Shown in pieces: positions 1 through 9,567 of a stretch of 64,000 bases of DNA. The notes below the pieces were generated by a model. It was given only the letters and a program-made list of their open reading frames with translations, was not told the DNA's origin and ran no database searches. Made by a program: the position numbers and the translations under genes. Source of the stretch: Ignavibacteriales bacterium. Lineage in GTDB: Bacteria; Bacteroidota; Ignavibacteria; UBA10030; UBA6906. Positions within the stretch are counted from its first letter, which is position 1. Each line of letters opens with the position of its first letter. Location: positions 10,699 to 74,698 of the forward strand of contig JBBIRR010000017.1 in NCBI GenBank assembly GCA_037441705.1, given 5' to 3'.

Positions 1-1
1 G

Positions 2-841
2 GCGGCCGTCAACGACTTCATGAAGCCCGACCGCATCGTCATCGGAAGCCGCAGCCCGCGCGCCCTTGCCATCATGCAGGATCTCTATGCCCCATTCATC
101 CGCACGGGGAATCCTCTCATCATCATGGATGAACGAAGCTCCGAGCTGACCAAGTACGCCGCGAACTCGTTTCTGGCAACAAAGGTCTCGTTCATGAATG
201 AGGTTGCCAACATCTGCGAGTTGGTTGGTGCCGATATTGAACTCGTGCGCAAGGGCATGGGCACCGACCCGCGCGTCGGTGCGCAGTTCTTGTTCGCGGG
301 CGTCGGCTATGGCGGTTCGTGCTTCCCGAAGGATGTTGCGGCGCTCCTCAAGAGTGCTGCCGACCACGGGTATAAATTCGAGATTCTCGCTGCCGTTGAG
401 GAAGTGAACAAGCGGCAAAAGGAGATAATTGTTCGAAAGATCAAGAACCATTTCAACGGGCGACTTGCCGGGCTGACATTCACGCTCTGGGGGCTTTCGT
501 TCAAACCCAACACGGACGACATACGCGAAGCTCCCTCGATCCGCATCATCGAGGCGCTGCTCGCGGAGGGCGCACGACTGCGATTGCACGACCCGGCCGC
601 CAACGGAGAGATGCAGCGGCTCTTCGGCTCGAAGGCAGCATTCTTTGAGAATAACTACGATGCCCTCGAAGGTGCCGACGCGCTGGTGATCGTTACAGAA
701 TGGAATGAGTTCCGCCGTCCGGACTTCGACCGGATGAAGTCGCTGATGAAGCAACCGGTTGTCTTCGACGGCAGAAACATCTACGACCCGGTACGAATCC
801 GCCAAAAAGGGTTTGTGTACTACGGTATCGGACGCCCGTAA
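2..841 (+). CDS. ugd: UDP-glucose 6-dehydrogenase (5' truncated by window edge)
   Basis: Motifs SELTKYAANSFLA, GYGGSCFPKD (catalytic Cys) and GLSFKPNTDDIRE; frame is open to the window start. Confidence 0.95.
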   Translation, partial: AAVNDFMKPDRIVIGSRSPRALAIMQDLYAPFIRTGNPLIIMDERSSELTKYAANSFLATKVSFMNEVANICELVGADIELVRKGMGTDPRVGAQFLFAGVGYGGSCFPKDVAALLKSAADHGYKFEILAAVEEVNKRQKEIIVRKIKNHFNGRLAGLTFTLWGLSFKPNTDDIREAPSIRIIEALLAEGARLRLHDPAANGEMQRLFGSKAAFFENNYDALEGADALVIVTEWNEFRRPDFDRMKSLMKQPVVFDGRNIYDPVRIRQKGFVYYGIGRP

Positions 842-874
842 CAGAACCGACACGAACTTCAACACGACAATCTC

Positions 875-1831
875 GTGCGCTCTTCGACCAAAGAACATTG
901 CGTTGTGACCGGTGGGGCCGGGTTCCTCGGGTCCCACCTGTGCGACCGTCTCCTTGCAGAAGGCTACCGCGTGACGGCCATCGACAATTTGATCACAGGC
1001 GACACGCGGAACATTTCCCATCTCTTGGGCAATGATGACTTCCGATTCATCAAACATGATGTCACCGAGTACATTTATGTTGATGGTCCCGTTCATTACA
1101 TCCTTCACTTTGCATCTCCTGCCAGTCCGATTGACTACCTGAAGCTGCCGATTCAGACCCTCAAGGTCGGTTCGCTCGGCACACACAAGGCGTTGGGACT
1201 TGCCAAGGCGAAGAACGCCCGGTTTCTTCTTGCGTCAACATCCGAAGTCTACGGCGACCCGCTCGTCCATCCGCAGCCGGAATCGTACTGGGGCAACGTC
1301 AATCCGGTGGGCTTACGCGGCGTGTACGACGAAGCCAAGCGTTTCGCCGAGGCGATGACGATGGCGTACCATCGCTATCATGGCGTGGACACGCGCATCG
1401 TGCGCATCTTCAACACCTACGGCCCCCGCATGCGCATTGAAGACGGACGTGCAATTCCCGCGTTCATTTCCCAAGCGCTGCGCGGCGAAGACGTCACAGT
1501 CTTCGGCGACGGCAGCCAAACCCGCAGCGTCTGCTACGTGGACGATCTGATCGAGGGCATCTATCGACTCATGCTCTCGAACGAAGTGTATCCCGTCAAC
1601 ATCGGGAACCAGGACGAAATCTCCATGCTTCAGCTTGCGCGGGAAGTGATCGAGTTGGTCGGGAGTAAGAGTAAGATCGTCTTCAAAGAACTTCCGGAAG
1701 ACGATCCGAAAGTGCGCCAGCCCGACACCACCAAAGCACGCACGGTGTTGAACTGGACTGCACGCGTCGGCAGGAAGGAAGGATTGCTTAAAACCATCGA
1801 GTATTTCCGTTCACGCATTCTGGCTGATTGA
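875..1831 (+). CDS. uxs: UDP-glucuronate decarboxylase (UDP-xylose synthase), extended SDR family
   Basis: [52 protein letters not shown]; directly follows ugd. Confidence 0.9.
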   Translation: MRSSTKEHCVVTGGAGFLGSHLCDRLLAEGYRVTAIDNLITGDTRNISHLLGNDDFRFIKHDVTEYIYVDGPVHYILHFASPASPIDYLKLPIQTLKVGSLGTHKALGLAKAKNARFLLASTSEVYGDPLVHPQPESYWGNVNPVGLRGVYDEAKRFAEAMTMAYHRYHGVDTRIVRIFNTYGPRMRIEDGRAIPAFISQALRGEDVTVFGDGSQTRSVCYVDDLIEGIYRLMLSNEVYPVNIGNQDEISMLQLAREVIELVGSKSKIVFKELPEDDPKVRQPDTTKARTVLNWTARVGRKEGLLKTIEYFRSRILAD

Positions 1832-1840
1832 GGTTCAGGA

Positions 1841-2749
1841 ATGGTTGCGGCGTGGATAGTGAACGCAGCGCTGCTGCTTGCACCGGGCACGGATTCGATA
1901 CGAACCAGCGTTGAGGGGTCCGATGCTGCGCGGGACGTGCGGGCGCCTAACCCAGCTTCCGATACAAGCAGCATTCATCCCGTTCGCTTCGCGGTCGTGA
2001 CCGGCGGTGTAGCCCTCACGATGGCCGGCATACATATCTACCAACAAAATGGGTGGTGGAAAAACAATCGCGCGCCGTTTCACTTTCAGGAAGATTTGAA
2101 GTACGGACGCAGCGTTGATAAGCTCGGTCACTTCTACGGCGGCATCGTTGCAGCGTTTCTGCTGCGGAAATCCTATCGGTGGGCGGGACTCTCAGAAGAA
2201 GCTTCACTCTACTGGGGTTCGGCCGGGTCGTTGCTGTTCCAAACGTACGTCGAGATTGAAGACGGCTTTTCGAAATGGGGGTTCGATCGCGTGGACTTTG
2301 CGGCCGATGTTGCCGGTGCGGCCTGGCCCGTGGCGCAGTATCATGTTCCGTTCCTGAGGAATTTCGACTTCAAGTTCAGTTACGTCCCATCGCCCAATCT
2401 GAATCAATCGGGCGGAACAGGCTTCGTCGGTCAACGGCACATCATGTTCGACGACTATGAAGGCCAGACGATCTGGATGAGTGTGAAGATGAAGAACGTG
2501 CTACCGGAGCCGGCGGCGAAGTACTGGCCGGATGTCCTCAGTCTCTCGTTGGGCTACGCCGTGCGCGATGTGTTTACGCCGCGTCCGTACAGCGCGTGGC
2601 TGCTGGCACTCGACCTCGACATGACGAAAGTGATCCCCGCCGATACGCCGTTCCTCAAATTGTTGGGCGAGGCGTTGAACTTCATCAAGTTCCCGGCGCC
2701 TGCCGTCCAGGTCTCGCCACGCGCCATCTGGTACGGCATTTACTTCTAA
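1841..2749 (+). CDS. DUF2279/YfiM-family exported or membrane protein
   Basis: N-terminal signal-like segment; DKLGH, EIEDGFS-WGF and DDYEGQTIW motifs typical of DUF2279; ends in aromatic F. Confidence 0.7.
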   Translation: MVAAWIVNAALLLAPGTDSIRTSVEGSDAARDVRAPNPASDTSSIHPVRFAVVTGGVALTMAGIHIYQQNGWWKNNRAPFHFQEDLKYGRSVDKLGHFYGGIVAAFLLRKSYRWAGLSEEASLYWGSAGSLLFQTYVEIEDGFSKWGFDRVDFAADVAGAAWPVAQYHVPFLRNFDFKFSYVPSPNLNQSGGTGFVGQRHIMFDDYEGQTIWMSVKMKNVLPEPAAKYWPDVLSLSLGYAVRDVFTPRPYSAWLLALDLDMTKVIPADTPFLKLLGEALNFIKFPAPAVQVSPRAIWYGIYF

Positions 2750-2766
2750 CCATCAGCAGAGGCTCT

Positions 2767-4467
2767 GTGAATTCCCCCGCTCGTTTCTTGCTGCTCGCCG
2801 GTCTCGTCATCGTTGCTCATCGTGCCTTTCCTCAAGCCGAAACAGTGCCTGCCACGCATCCTGTGTACACATTCCTCAAACGCATGGAGGTGAAGGGCCT
2901 CATCGAGCGTTATCACGACGCGATTATTCCGCTCTCGCGGCGCGAGATTGCTGATTTTCTCTTTGCTCTTTCCGGTCACGACAAGCTCACCACGGCCGAA
3001 CGGAGTATTCTGACACAATACCTCTCGGAATTTCAGTTCGAAGTGCGCAGCACGACGCAGGGATTTCTTTCCGTCATTGATGGAGGGGAGCCGAGTTTCG
3101 GTGCGGCGCTGGGAGAGGAGTTCTCGCAGCGCGAAAAATTTCTTTACGCCATGACGGACTCGAATGTCACGATGTTCGTCAACGGGTTGCTTACCTTCGA
3201 TGCACGACGCATCGGCGGCGACGCGCTCGGTTCGACGCACACGGAGTTCGTGCAGTTCGGCGGAAGACTCCGCGGCACCATCTTCGGCAAGCTGGCCTAC
3301 TGGTTGCAGGGTACCAACGCACAGTTCTGGGGCAGCAGGCAGCTTCTGTATCGGGACCCTGTCATCAGCCAGGCCTACACGCTCGGCGTCTCGGACGCGC
3401 AGAACTTTGACTTCAGCGAGGGATATGCCCGCTACGACGCAGGTATCGTTTCCGTTCAGTTTGGGAAAGAGCGCATCCTGTGGGGGACGGGATACGACCA
3501 GAAGATGGTGTCATCGGATAACGTACGGCCCTACGAATTCCTTCGTGCCGATCTGCGCTACAAGGCATTGAAGTACACCTTCCTTCATGGGTCGCTCCTC
3601 GGCCGCCGGGGCGCGCTCCCGTTCACGCTCGCGCCCGATACCTCGACGCGTTACATCGAGCCGGTCGTGGCCGACAAATTCTTTGCTGCACACCGTCTGG
3701 AGTTTTCATTTCCCCGTCTGTTTGATATCGGCTTTCAGGAAATGGCAATATACAGCAATCGTTCGGTGGACTTTGCGTATCTCAATCCGTTCATCGTGCT
3801 CGAATCGGCGCAGCGATCACGCGAGGAGCGCGATAACGTGCTGTGGGCGTTCGATGTGCAAACCCATTTCGTCAACGGACTGGAGCTGACCGGCACGATT
3901 GTGTTCGACGATCTCCACTTTCCGGAGTTCTTCAAGCCGCGATGGTACAACCGCTACGCATATCAGGTGGGGATGATGATCGTTGATCCGCTGTTCGTGC
4001 CCGATGTTAGCATGAAGGTCGAGTACACGCGGGTAAAGCCGTTCGTCTACGCGCATGATCGTTCTCGCGAAAACACCTACACGAGCCTGAACTCGCTTCT
4101 CGGGCCGCGCATTGGACCGAATTCCGACTCATGGTTCGTGCGAGCCGAGTACTTCCCCACATGGCACCTGTCCTTTTCCGTGCACGCGCTCTGGGTGCGG
4201 CACGGCAGAAACGTCTATGACGCCGCGGGCAATCTTGTCCGCAACGTGGGCGGCGACGTGTTCCAGCCGCATCGGCCGAGCGATCCGCTCGAAGCGCCAT
4301 TCCTCGATGGTGTTCTCGTCCGCTCGCGACAGATTCAGCTTCTCGCGACCTATGAGATCGTCAATCAAATCTGGCTGGATGGGTGGTTGCAGTTCGACTC
4401 GGAGGAGGCAACCGGCATTCGAACAACAAACACGACGGGTGGAGTTCGGCTGAGGGCGGAATTGTGA
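2767..4467 (+). CDS. Capsule assembly Wzi-family outer-membrane beta-barrel protein
   Basis: GTG start at 2767 gives a signal peptide; HPVYTFLKRME...PLSRREIA N-terminus, WGTG, AHRLE, YLNP and LGPRIGPNSD motifs. The upstream extension in the ORF track overlaps DUF2279 and is spurious. Confidence 0.7.
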   Translation: MNSPARFLLLAGLVIVAHRAFPQAETVPATHPVYTFLKRMEVKGLIERYHDAIIPLSRREIADFLFALSGHDKLTTAERSILTQYLSEFQFEVRSTTQGFLSVIDGGEPSFGAALGEEFSQREKFLYAMTDSNVTMFVNGLLTFDARRIGGDALGSTHTEFVQFGGRLRGTIFGKLAYWLQGTNAQFWGSRQLLYRDPVISQAYTLGVSDAQNFDFSEGYARYDAGIVSVQFGKERILWGTGYDQKMVSSDNVRPYEFLRADLRYKALKYTFLHGSLLGRRGALPFTLAPDTSTRYIEPVVADKFFAAHRLEFSFPRLFDIGFQEMAIYSNRSVDFAYLNPFIVLESAQRSREERDNVLWAFDVQTHFVNGLELTGTIVFDDLHFPEFFKPRWYNRYAYQVGMMIVDPLFVPDVSMKVEYTRVKPFVYAHDRSRENTYTSLNSLLGPRIGPNSDSWFVRAEYFPTWHLSFSVHALWVRHGRNVYDAAGNLVRNVGGDVFQPHRPSDPLEAPFLDGVLVRSRQIQLLATYEIVNQIWLDGWLQFDSEEATGIRTTNTTGGVRLRAEL

Positions 4468-4525
4468 GTTCAAGATATCAGGCATGCTGTCTCGCTTCAT
4501 GAGAACCTCACGCGGGCACACGTGC

Positions 4526-4555
4526 TTGCATTCAACCGACGGAATCTCATACCTT
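4526..4555 (+). promoter_or_regulatory. Putative sigma70 promoter of the bcp-PTPS-folE-SDR operon
   Basis: TTGCAT-N18-TACCTT followed by the SD-like AAGGAGG. Confidence 0.4.
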
Positions 4556-4578
4556 TGAAAGGAGGGTTTTTTGATCTC

Positions 4579-5043
4579 ATGGCAACGCTCAAAGTAGGGA
4601 GTACAGCACCGGACTTCCAACTGCCCACCGGCGGCGGAAAGATGCTTTCCCTTTCGGATTTTCGGGGGCAGAAGGTGGTGCTCTATTTCTACCCAAAAGA
4701 CATGACCAGCGGCTGTACGAAAGAAGCCTGCTCGTTTCAAGAGAATCTCTCGGCGCTGAAGAAGAAAGGTGCGGTCGTCATCGGCGTGAGTCCGGACAGT
4801 CCTGCATCGCACGAAAAGTTTGCCGAGGCGTACGGGCTGTCATTTCCACTGGTGAGTGACGAGAAGAAAGCAATCCTCAAGAAGTACGGCGTGTGGAAAG
4901 AGAAATCGCTCTACGGCAAGAAGTACATGGGGGTCGAGCGAACGACGTTCATCATCAACGAGGAGGGCATCATCACGCACATCTTCCCAAAGGTTAAAGT
5001 GGATGGACATACAGAAGAAGTTTTGCAGGCGTTAGGTGAATAA
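4579..5043 (+). CDS. bcp: Thioredoxin-dependent peroxiredoxin BCP/PrxQ
   Basis: YFYPKDMTSGCTKEAC (peroxidatic and resolving Cys), ERTTF, GH; ATG 4579 after AAGGAGG. Confidence 0.93.
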   Translation: MATLKVGSTAPDFQLPTGGGKMLSLSDFRGQKVVLYFYPKDMTSGCTKEACSFQENLSALKKKGAVVIGVSPDSPASHEKFAEAYGLSFPLVSDEKKAILKKYGVWKEKSLYGKKYMGVERTTFIINEEGIITHIFPKVKVDGHTEEVLQALGE

Positions 5044-5055
5044 GGGAGACGAGAT

Positions 5056-5463
5056 ATGGTGTACATTACACGCAAAGAAAGTTTTAGCGCGTCGCATCGG
5101 TTGTTCAATCCGGGCTGGAGTGATGAGAAGAACTACGCCGTGTTCGGTAAGTGTGCCAACCCGAACGGGCACGGCCACAATTACGAGATCGAAGTAACCG
5201 TTGCCGGCGTTCCGCCGAAGGAAACCGGTATGGTGATGGACCTGAAGAGGCTCTCGGATATCATCAATGAAGAAATCATCGAGCGAGTAGATCACAAACA
5301 TCTCAACCTCGATGTAGACTTCCTCGGCGGCATCATCCCGACGGCGGAGAACATGGCGATCGAGTTTTGGAAGATTCTTTCAAGAAAAATTACAGAGGGG
5401 AAACTCTACTCCATCAGGTTGTACGAGTCGGGGAATAACTTTGTCGAATACCGCGGGGAGTAG
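5056..5463 (+). CDS. 6-pyruvoyl-tetrahydropterin synthase / QueD family, PTPS-II-type motif
   Basis: FSASHRL, KCANPNGHGHNY (Cx5HGH), GMVMDL, DHKHLN, PTAEN. Confidence 0.9.
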   Translation: MVYITRKESFSASHRLFNPGWSDEKNYAVFGKCANPNGHGHNYEIEVTVAGVPPKETGMVMDLKRLSDIINEEIIERVDHKHLNLDVDFLGGIIPTAENMAIEFWKILSRKITEGKLYSIRLYESGNNFVEYRGE

Positions 5464-5475
5464 GACGGAGGCGGC

Positions 5476-6045
5476 ATGTCACACCGAACACAACTTGAAG
5501 AACTCGTTACCATACTGTTGAAGGAGATCGGCGAGGATCCTTCCCGCGAAGGTCTGCAGCGGACGCCGCGGCGCGTGGCCAAGGCGTATGAGTTTCTGAC
5601 CAGCGGCTACAAGAAAGATATAGCGCAGGTCATGAACGGCGCAATCTTTGCCGAACGATATAGCGAGATGGTGATCGTGAAGGACATCGACTTCTTCAGC
5701 ATGTGCGAGCATCATCTGCTGCCGTTTTTCGGGAAGGCACATGTGGCGTACATCCCCAACGGAAAGATTCTTGGTCTCAGCAAAGTCCCTCGTATCGTCG
5801 AAGTGTTTGCCCGTCGTCTGCAGGTGCAGGAGCGCATGACGCAGCAGATTGCCGACACGCTGTACGAGTACCTGCAGCCCGATGGTGTGGGCGTGGTGAT
5901 CGAAGCCCGCCACATGTGCATGATGATGCGCGGCGTGGAGAAGCAGAACTCCCTGGCCACGACCAGCGCCATGCTCGGCGTCTTCCGCGATGATGCAAGG
6001 ACGCGTCAAGAGTTCCTTTCCCTCATCAAAGCGCACCAGGTGTGA
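5476..6045 (+). CDS. folE: GTP cyclohydrolase I
   Basis: [41 protein letters not shown]. Confidence 0.97.
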   Translation: MSHRTQLEELVTILLKEIGEDPSREGLQRTPRRVAKAYEFLTSGYKKDIAQVMNGAIFAERYSEMVIVKDIDFFSMCEHHLLPFFGKAHVAYIPNGKILGLSKVPRIVEVFARRLQVQERMTQQIADTLYEYLQPDGVGVVIEARHMCMMMRGVEKQNSLATTSAMLGVFRDDARTRQEFLSLIKAHQV

Positions 6046-6755
6046 TGATGGGACGACTGGACGGCACGGTTGCCATTGTAACAGGCGGAGGGCGTGGTAT
6101 CGGCCGGGCAATAGCGCTGGCACTGGCACAGGAGGGGGCGAGCATTGCCATTGCCGCACGCACGAAGTCGGAACTGGAAGCGGTTGCAAACCAGATTCAC
6201 TCCTCAGGCGGAACAGCCATAGCCATCAAAGCCGATGTGACGGACGACGACCACGCGCACACGCTTGTCGATGCGACGATGAAACGCTTCGGGCGGATCG
6301 ACATTCTCGTCAACAATGCGGGCACGGGGGTGTTCAAGCCGTTCGTTGAAATGGGCACGGCGGAGTTTGACGACATGTGGAAGCTCAACATGCGGGCGCC
6401 GTTTGTGCTCACCAAACTCGTCCTTCCCCACATGATCCGACAACAAAGCGGCGCCATCGTCAACATTGCTTCGCTTGCGGGAAAGAACAGCTTCGTGAAC
6501 GGGTCAGGCTACGCGGCAACGAAATGGGCGCTGCGCGGTTGGGCAAACTGCCTGATGCTCGAAGTCCGCCGCCACAACATTCGCGTCGTAACCATTTTTC
6601 CCGGCTCCGTGGATACGACCTTCTCGGCGACTGGCAAGCGTGGAGCGACGATTACTCAGCCCGAAGACGTTGCCGCCGCAGTCGTATTTGCCGTGACCGC
6701 GCCTGCACGCAGCATGTTCAGCGAGATTGATGTTCGGCCGACGAATCCGCCGTAA
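6045..6755 (+). CDS. Classical SDR oxidoreductase (candidate sepiapterin reductase)
   Basis: TGGGRGIG, NNAG, YAATK, PGSVDT; TGATG coupling to folE. Confidence 0.85.
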   Translation: MMGRLDGTVAIVTGGGRGIGRAIALALAQEGASIAIAARTKSELEAVANQIHSSGGTAIAIKADVTDDDHAHTLVDATMKRFGRIDILVNNAGTGVFKPFVEMGTAEFDDMWKLNMRAPFVLTKLVLPHMIRQQSGAIVNIASLAGKNSFVNGSGYAATKWALRGWANCLMLEVRRHNIRVVTIFPGSVDTTFSATGKRGATITQPEDVAAAVVFAVTAPARSMFSEIDVRPTNPP

Positions 6756-6764
6756 GCAGAAAAC

Positions 6765-6792
6765 AAAAGAGCGGGTGTGTGCCCGCTCTTTT
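6765..6792. terminator. Bidirectional intrinsic terminator between the SDR gene and the convergent Spy/CpxP gene
   Basis: Perfect 11-bp stem AAAAGAGCGGG-tgtgtg-CCCGCTCTTTT with A/T tracts at both ends. Confidence 0.85.
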
Positions 6793-6812
6793 CATGTTGG
6801 CCGTCGCACCGG

Positions 6813-7313
6813 TTAGTCGTCCGACTCGACATCGTCCCAATCCCGGCCGCCGCGGAAATGCATCATCCCGCGCATCCTCATCCCATCGGGCATGCGCTGG
6901 CCCCATCGGGTTGCCGCGTTCTTCCAGATCTTCTGCTGCTCAGGCGTGAGGATGGCATTGACCTGGAACCAATGATCCAGCATGTTCATCTTCATCTGCT
7001 GCTGAACGTCGGTGATCGCCTTCAGGTTCTTTTCGATTGCGGCGCGATCAACCTTGTCGGCGAGAAACTGTTCCTGGATTTCGAGCCGGAGAGTCTGGAC
7101 CTTTGACTGGAGCGGGGTTTGCTTCTTCATCAGGTCGAGTCTGATCTTCTGCATTTGTGCCTGCTGCGTGTCGGTCAGCTTGAGTTCGTCAATGAGTGCC
7201 TGATGCCGAGGCCCGATGCCGTGCGGCCCCATCCGCCCGCGCGGGGGTTGTGCAAAGACCAGTGTTGCGGCAAACAAGCCCAGGAGGGCGACGGCGGCGA
7301 AGTTGCGTATCAT
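6813..7313 (-). CDS. Spy/CpxP-family periplasmic chaperone or accessory protein
   Basis: Signal peptide (ATLVFA-Q), LKLTDTQ and ILTPEQ (LTxxQ motifs), G/M/R-rich termini; AGGAGA RBS. Confidence 0.8.
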   Translation of the reverse strand: MIRNFAAVALLGLFAATLVFAQPPRGRMGPHGIGPRHQALIDELKLTDTQQAQMQKIRLDLMKKQTPLQSKVQTLRLEIQEQFLADKVDRAAIEKNLKAITDVQQQMKMNMLDHWFQVNAILTPEQQKIWKNAATRWGQRMPDGMRMRGMMHFRGGRDWDDVESDD

Positions 7314-7376
7314 GATCGTTTTCTCCTTTTCTGTTGAGTTGTGTGCGATAGGGTTCCTGTCCCTATGTTCTGTAGG

Positions 7377-7404
7377 TTAGAGCCGTCGGTCGCGCGAAAA
7401 GTTT
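7377..7404 (-). promoter_or_regulatory. Putative ECF-sigma (RpoE/AlgU-like) promoter of the Spy/CpxP gene
   Basis: Minus strand reads AAACTT-N17-TCTAA, close to the GAACTT-N16/17-TCTNA consensus. Confidence 0.5.
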
Positions 7405-7463
7405 AATGCGCGGCAGTCCGTCGACCCGCTACCGCTGCTGCGCGCATCGACACGCGGGTTTTG

Positions 7464-7492
7464 TTGACTTTCGGGTGAAGATTGGGTAAGTT
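7464..7492 (+). promoter_or_regulatory. Putative sigma70 promoter of the TPR-pyrK-pyrD operon
   Basis: TTGACT-N17-TAAGTT. Confidence 0.5.
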
Positions 7493-7508
7493 GATTTGTG
7501 ATTTGTGC

Positions 7509-9551
7509 ATGGAGCTATTGATTTTGCAACGCTTCTTCCTTTCTCTTACGACCCTCACACTTCTTGTTCTCTCCGGATGCAGCATCGGGAGTTTCATCGG
7601 CGCCTACTTCAACACGTATTACAACGCGCAGAAGGCGTTCGATGAAGCTGAGGCAGAAGTACTGGGCGGTGCGCAGCAGCAGGCTGCCGTGCGGACCGAG
7701 CGTCCGTATCTCGCGCCGTTCGATGTGCCACCTCAAACCCGAACCAAATTTGCCACCGTCATCGAAAAGTGCTCGAAACTCCTTCAGTATCATCCCGAAT
7801 CGAAATTGGTGGATGATGCCTTGCTGATGATCGGCAAATCGTATTTCTACCAGAACGAACTCCAATCGGCCCAGCGGAAATTCAACGAGTTGCTCTCGAC
7901 CTATCCCGAAAGCGACCTTGCGCTCGAAGCCAAGTTGCTTCTGGCGCAAACGCACTATCGAAATAACGACAAAACAGCCGCTGCAGCGCTGGCAGCGGAA
8001 TTGTTCGAGGAAGCAAAGGCTCGCGGCGAAGACGCTCTGACGGCCGAGGCGGGGAGACTCATCGGCCACTTCCATCGCGAAAACAAGAACTACGAGGAGG
8101 CGCTGCGGTACTTCGCTGCCGCGGCGGAGCTTGCCGCAACCGCCGACGATCGGGCCACCCTCCACCGCCGCGTTGCGGAGATGAACATCCAGCTCGGCAA
8201 TTATGCAAAAGCAGCGGATGCCTTTGCGCGCTCGGAAGACGAAGGATCGAGTTACATCAGCAAGTATCGCGGACTCATCGGCAAGGCACGCATGCTGTCA
8301 AAACTCGGAAAGCACGAGGAGAGTCTTGCACTGCTCGAAGAAATGGTGCGCAATACAAACTACCGCGAGTTCTTCGGCGAAATCAGTCTTGAGATCGGCA
8401 ACGTCTATCGCGATGAGAAGGATTATCGGGCCGCCGAAGAGCAATACCGGTACGTGGACACGGCGTACGCGCGCAGCGAGTATGCGGCGCATGCGTACTA
8501 CCAGCTTGGCCTTCTGTACGAAACACACTACGGGAATTATGATTCTGCGCGCGTCGCGTACGACAAGGGGAAAGCGGAGTTCCCGCAAGCCGACATCACG
8601 CCCGAGATCGTCAAACGCAGCGAGTTGTTCGGGCGTTACTTCACGTATCGCAACGAAATCCTACGCAACGATAGCCTCCGACGGGTGATTCTTTCGCCGC
8701 CGGATACATCGGCAGCGGCAGCGCCCGATACGACACATCAAGACTCGACGTCGCTCGCTGCGGGCCGCACCGACAGCGTGGTTCAACGGCCGCCCGCAGT
8801 TCCACCCCCGCCTCTGGATACCGTACAGGCCCGACTTGCGTACAATAAGGCGGAACTGGCGAGCCTGTTCTACACGGGCCTGCAGGTGGTCGACTCGGCA
8901 AAGCACTGGTACAATCGCTTGATTGCTGATCACCCCACGAGCCAGTATGTGCCGCGCGCTCTGTACACGCTTGCGCAGATCGCACAACAGGATTCGGCTG
9001 CTCCGCCAGGGACGGCGGATTCACTCCTCCATGTGATCGTTGACCGGTTTCCCGAGTCAGAGTTTGCTGCTGCGGCGCGACATTCGTTGGGGCTGCCGCC
9101 GCTTGAGCGCGCCAAAGATTCCACGGAAATGGCGTACCGCGCTGCCGAACAGCTCATGAAGCAGGGCGAGTACGCTGCTGCGCTCCAGTCCTTCCGCGTG
9201 ATCGCTGAACGCGATACGACGTCGCCCTTTGCGGCGAAGGCGCAGTATGCCATCGGCTGGATTTACGAGAACATCCACCTTGAGCCGGACAGTTCGATCG
9301 CAAGCTATCGCCGTCTCGTCCAACGGTTTCCCCGCTCGCCCTACACGTCGGTCGTTCAACCGAAGCTCACGGTGATAGATGCGGAACGGCACAAGGCCGC
9401 TCCTGACATGCCGAAGGACACGACGACCGTTGTTCCGCCGCAAGGAAAGGGAATGCCGGCCGATTCTGTGAAGCTCCTTCCATCTCTTCAGGAAATGCCC
9501 AAGGATACAACGGTGGACGAAGTGCCGAAGCTTCGAATCAAAAAAGAGTGA
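7509..9551 (+). CDS. TPR-repeat lipoprotein (SprE/PorW-like N-terminus)
   Basis: Lipobox LLVLSG-C; YFNTYYNA followed by many TPRs (DDALLMIGKSYFY, AYYQLG, AQYAIGWIY); Pro/Asp/Thr-rich linkers; start codon uncertain. Confidence 0.75.
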   Translation: MELLILQRFFLSLTTLTLLVLSGCSIGSFIGAYFNTYYNAQKAFDEAEAEVLGGAQQQAAVRTERPYLAPFDVPPQTRTKFATVIEKCSKLLQYHPESKLVDDALLMIGKSYFYQNELQSAQRKFNELLSTYPESDLALEAKLLLAQTHYRNNDKTAAAALAAELFEEAKARGEDALTAEAGRLIGHFHRENKNYEEALRYFAAAAELAATADDRATLHRRVAEMNIQLGNYAKAADAFARSEDEGSSYISKYRGLIGKARMLSKLGKHEESLALLEEMVRNTNYREFFGEISLEIGNVYRDEKDYRAAEEQYRYVDTAYARSEYAAHAYYQLGLLYETHYGNYDSARVAYDKGKAEFPQADITPEIVKRSELFGRYFTYRNEILRNDSLRRVILSPPDTSAAAAPDTTHQDSTSLAAGRTDSVVQRPPAVPPPPLDTVQARLAYNKAELASLFYTGLQVVDSAKHWYNRLIADHPTSQYVPRALYTLAQIAQQDSAAPPGTADSLLHVIVDRFPESEFAAAARHSLGLPPLERAKDSTEMAYRAAEQLMKQGEYAAALQSFRVIAERDTTSPFAAKAQYAIGWIYENIHLEPDSSIASYRRLVQRFPRSPYTSVVQPKLTVIDAERHKAAPDMPKDTTTVVPPQGKGMPADSVKLLPSLQEMPKDTTVDEVPKLRIKKE

Positions 9552-9567
9552 AAATCTCCGCTCCCTG

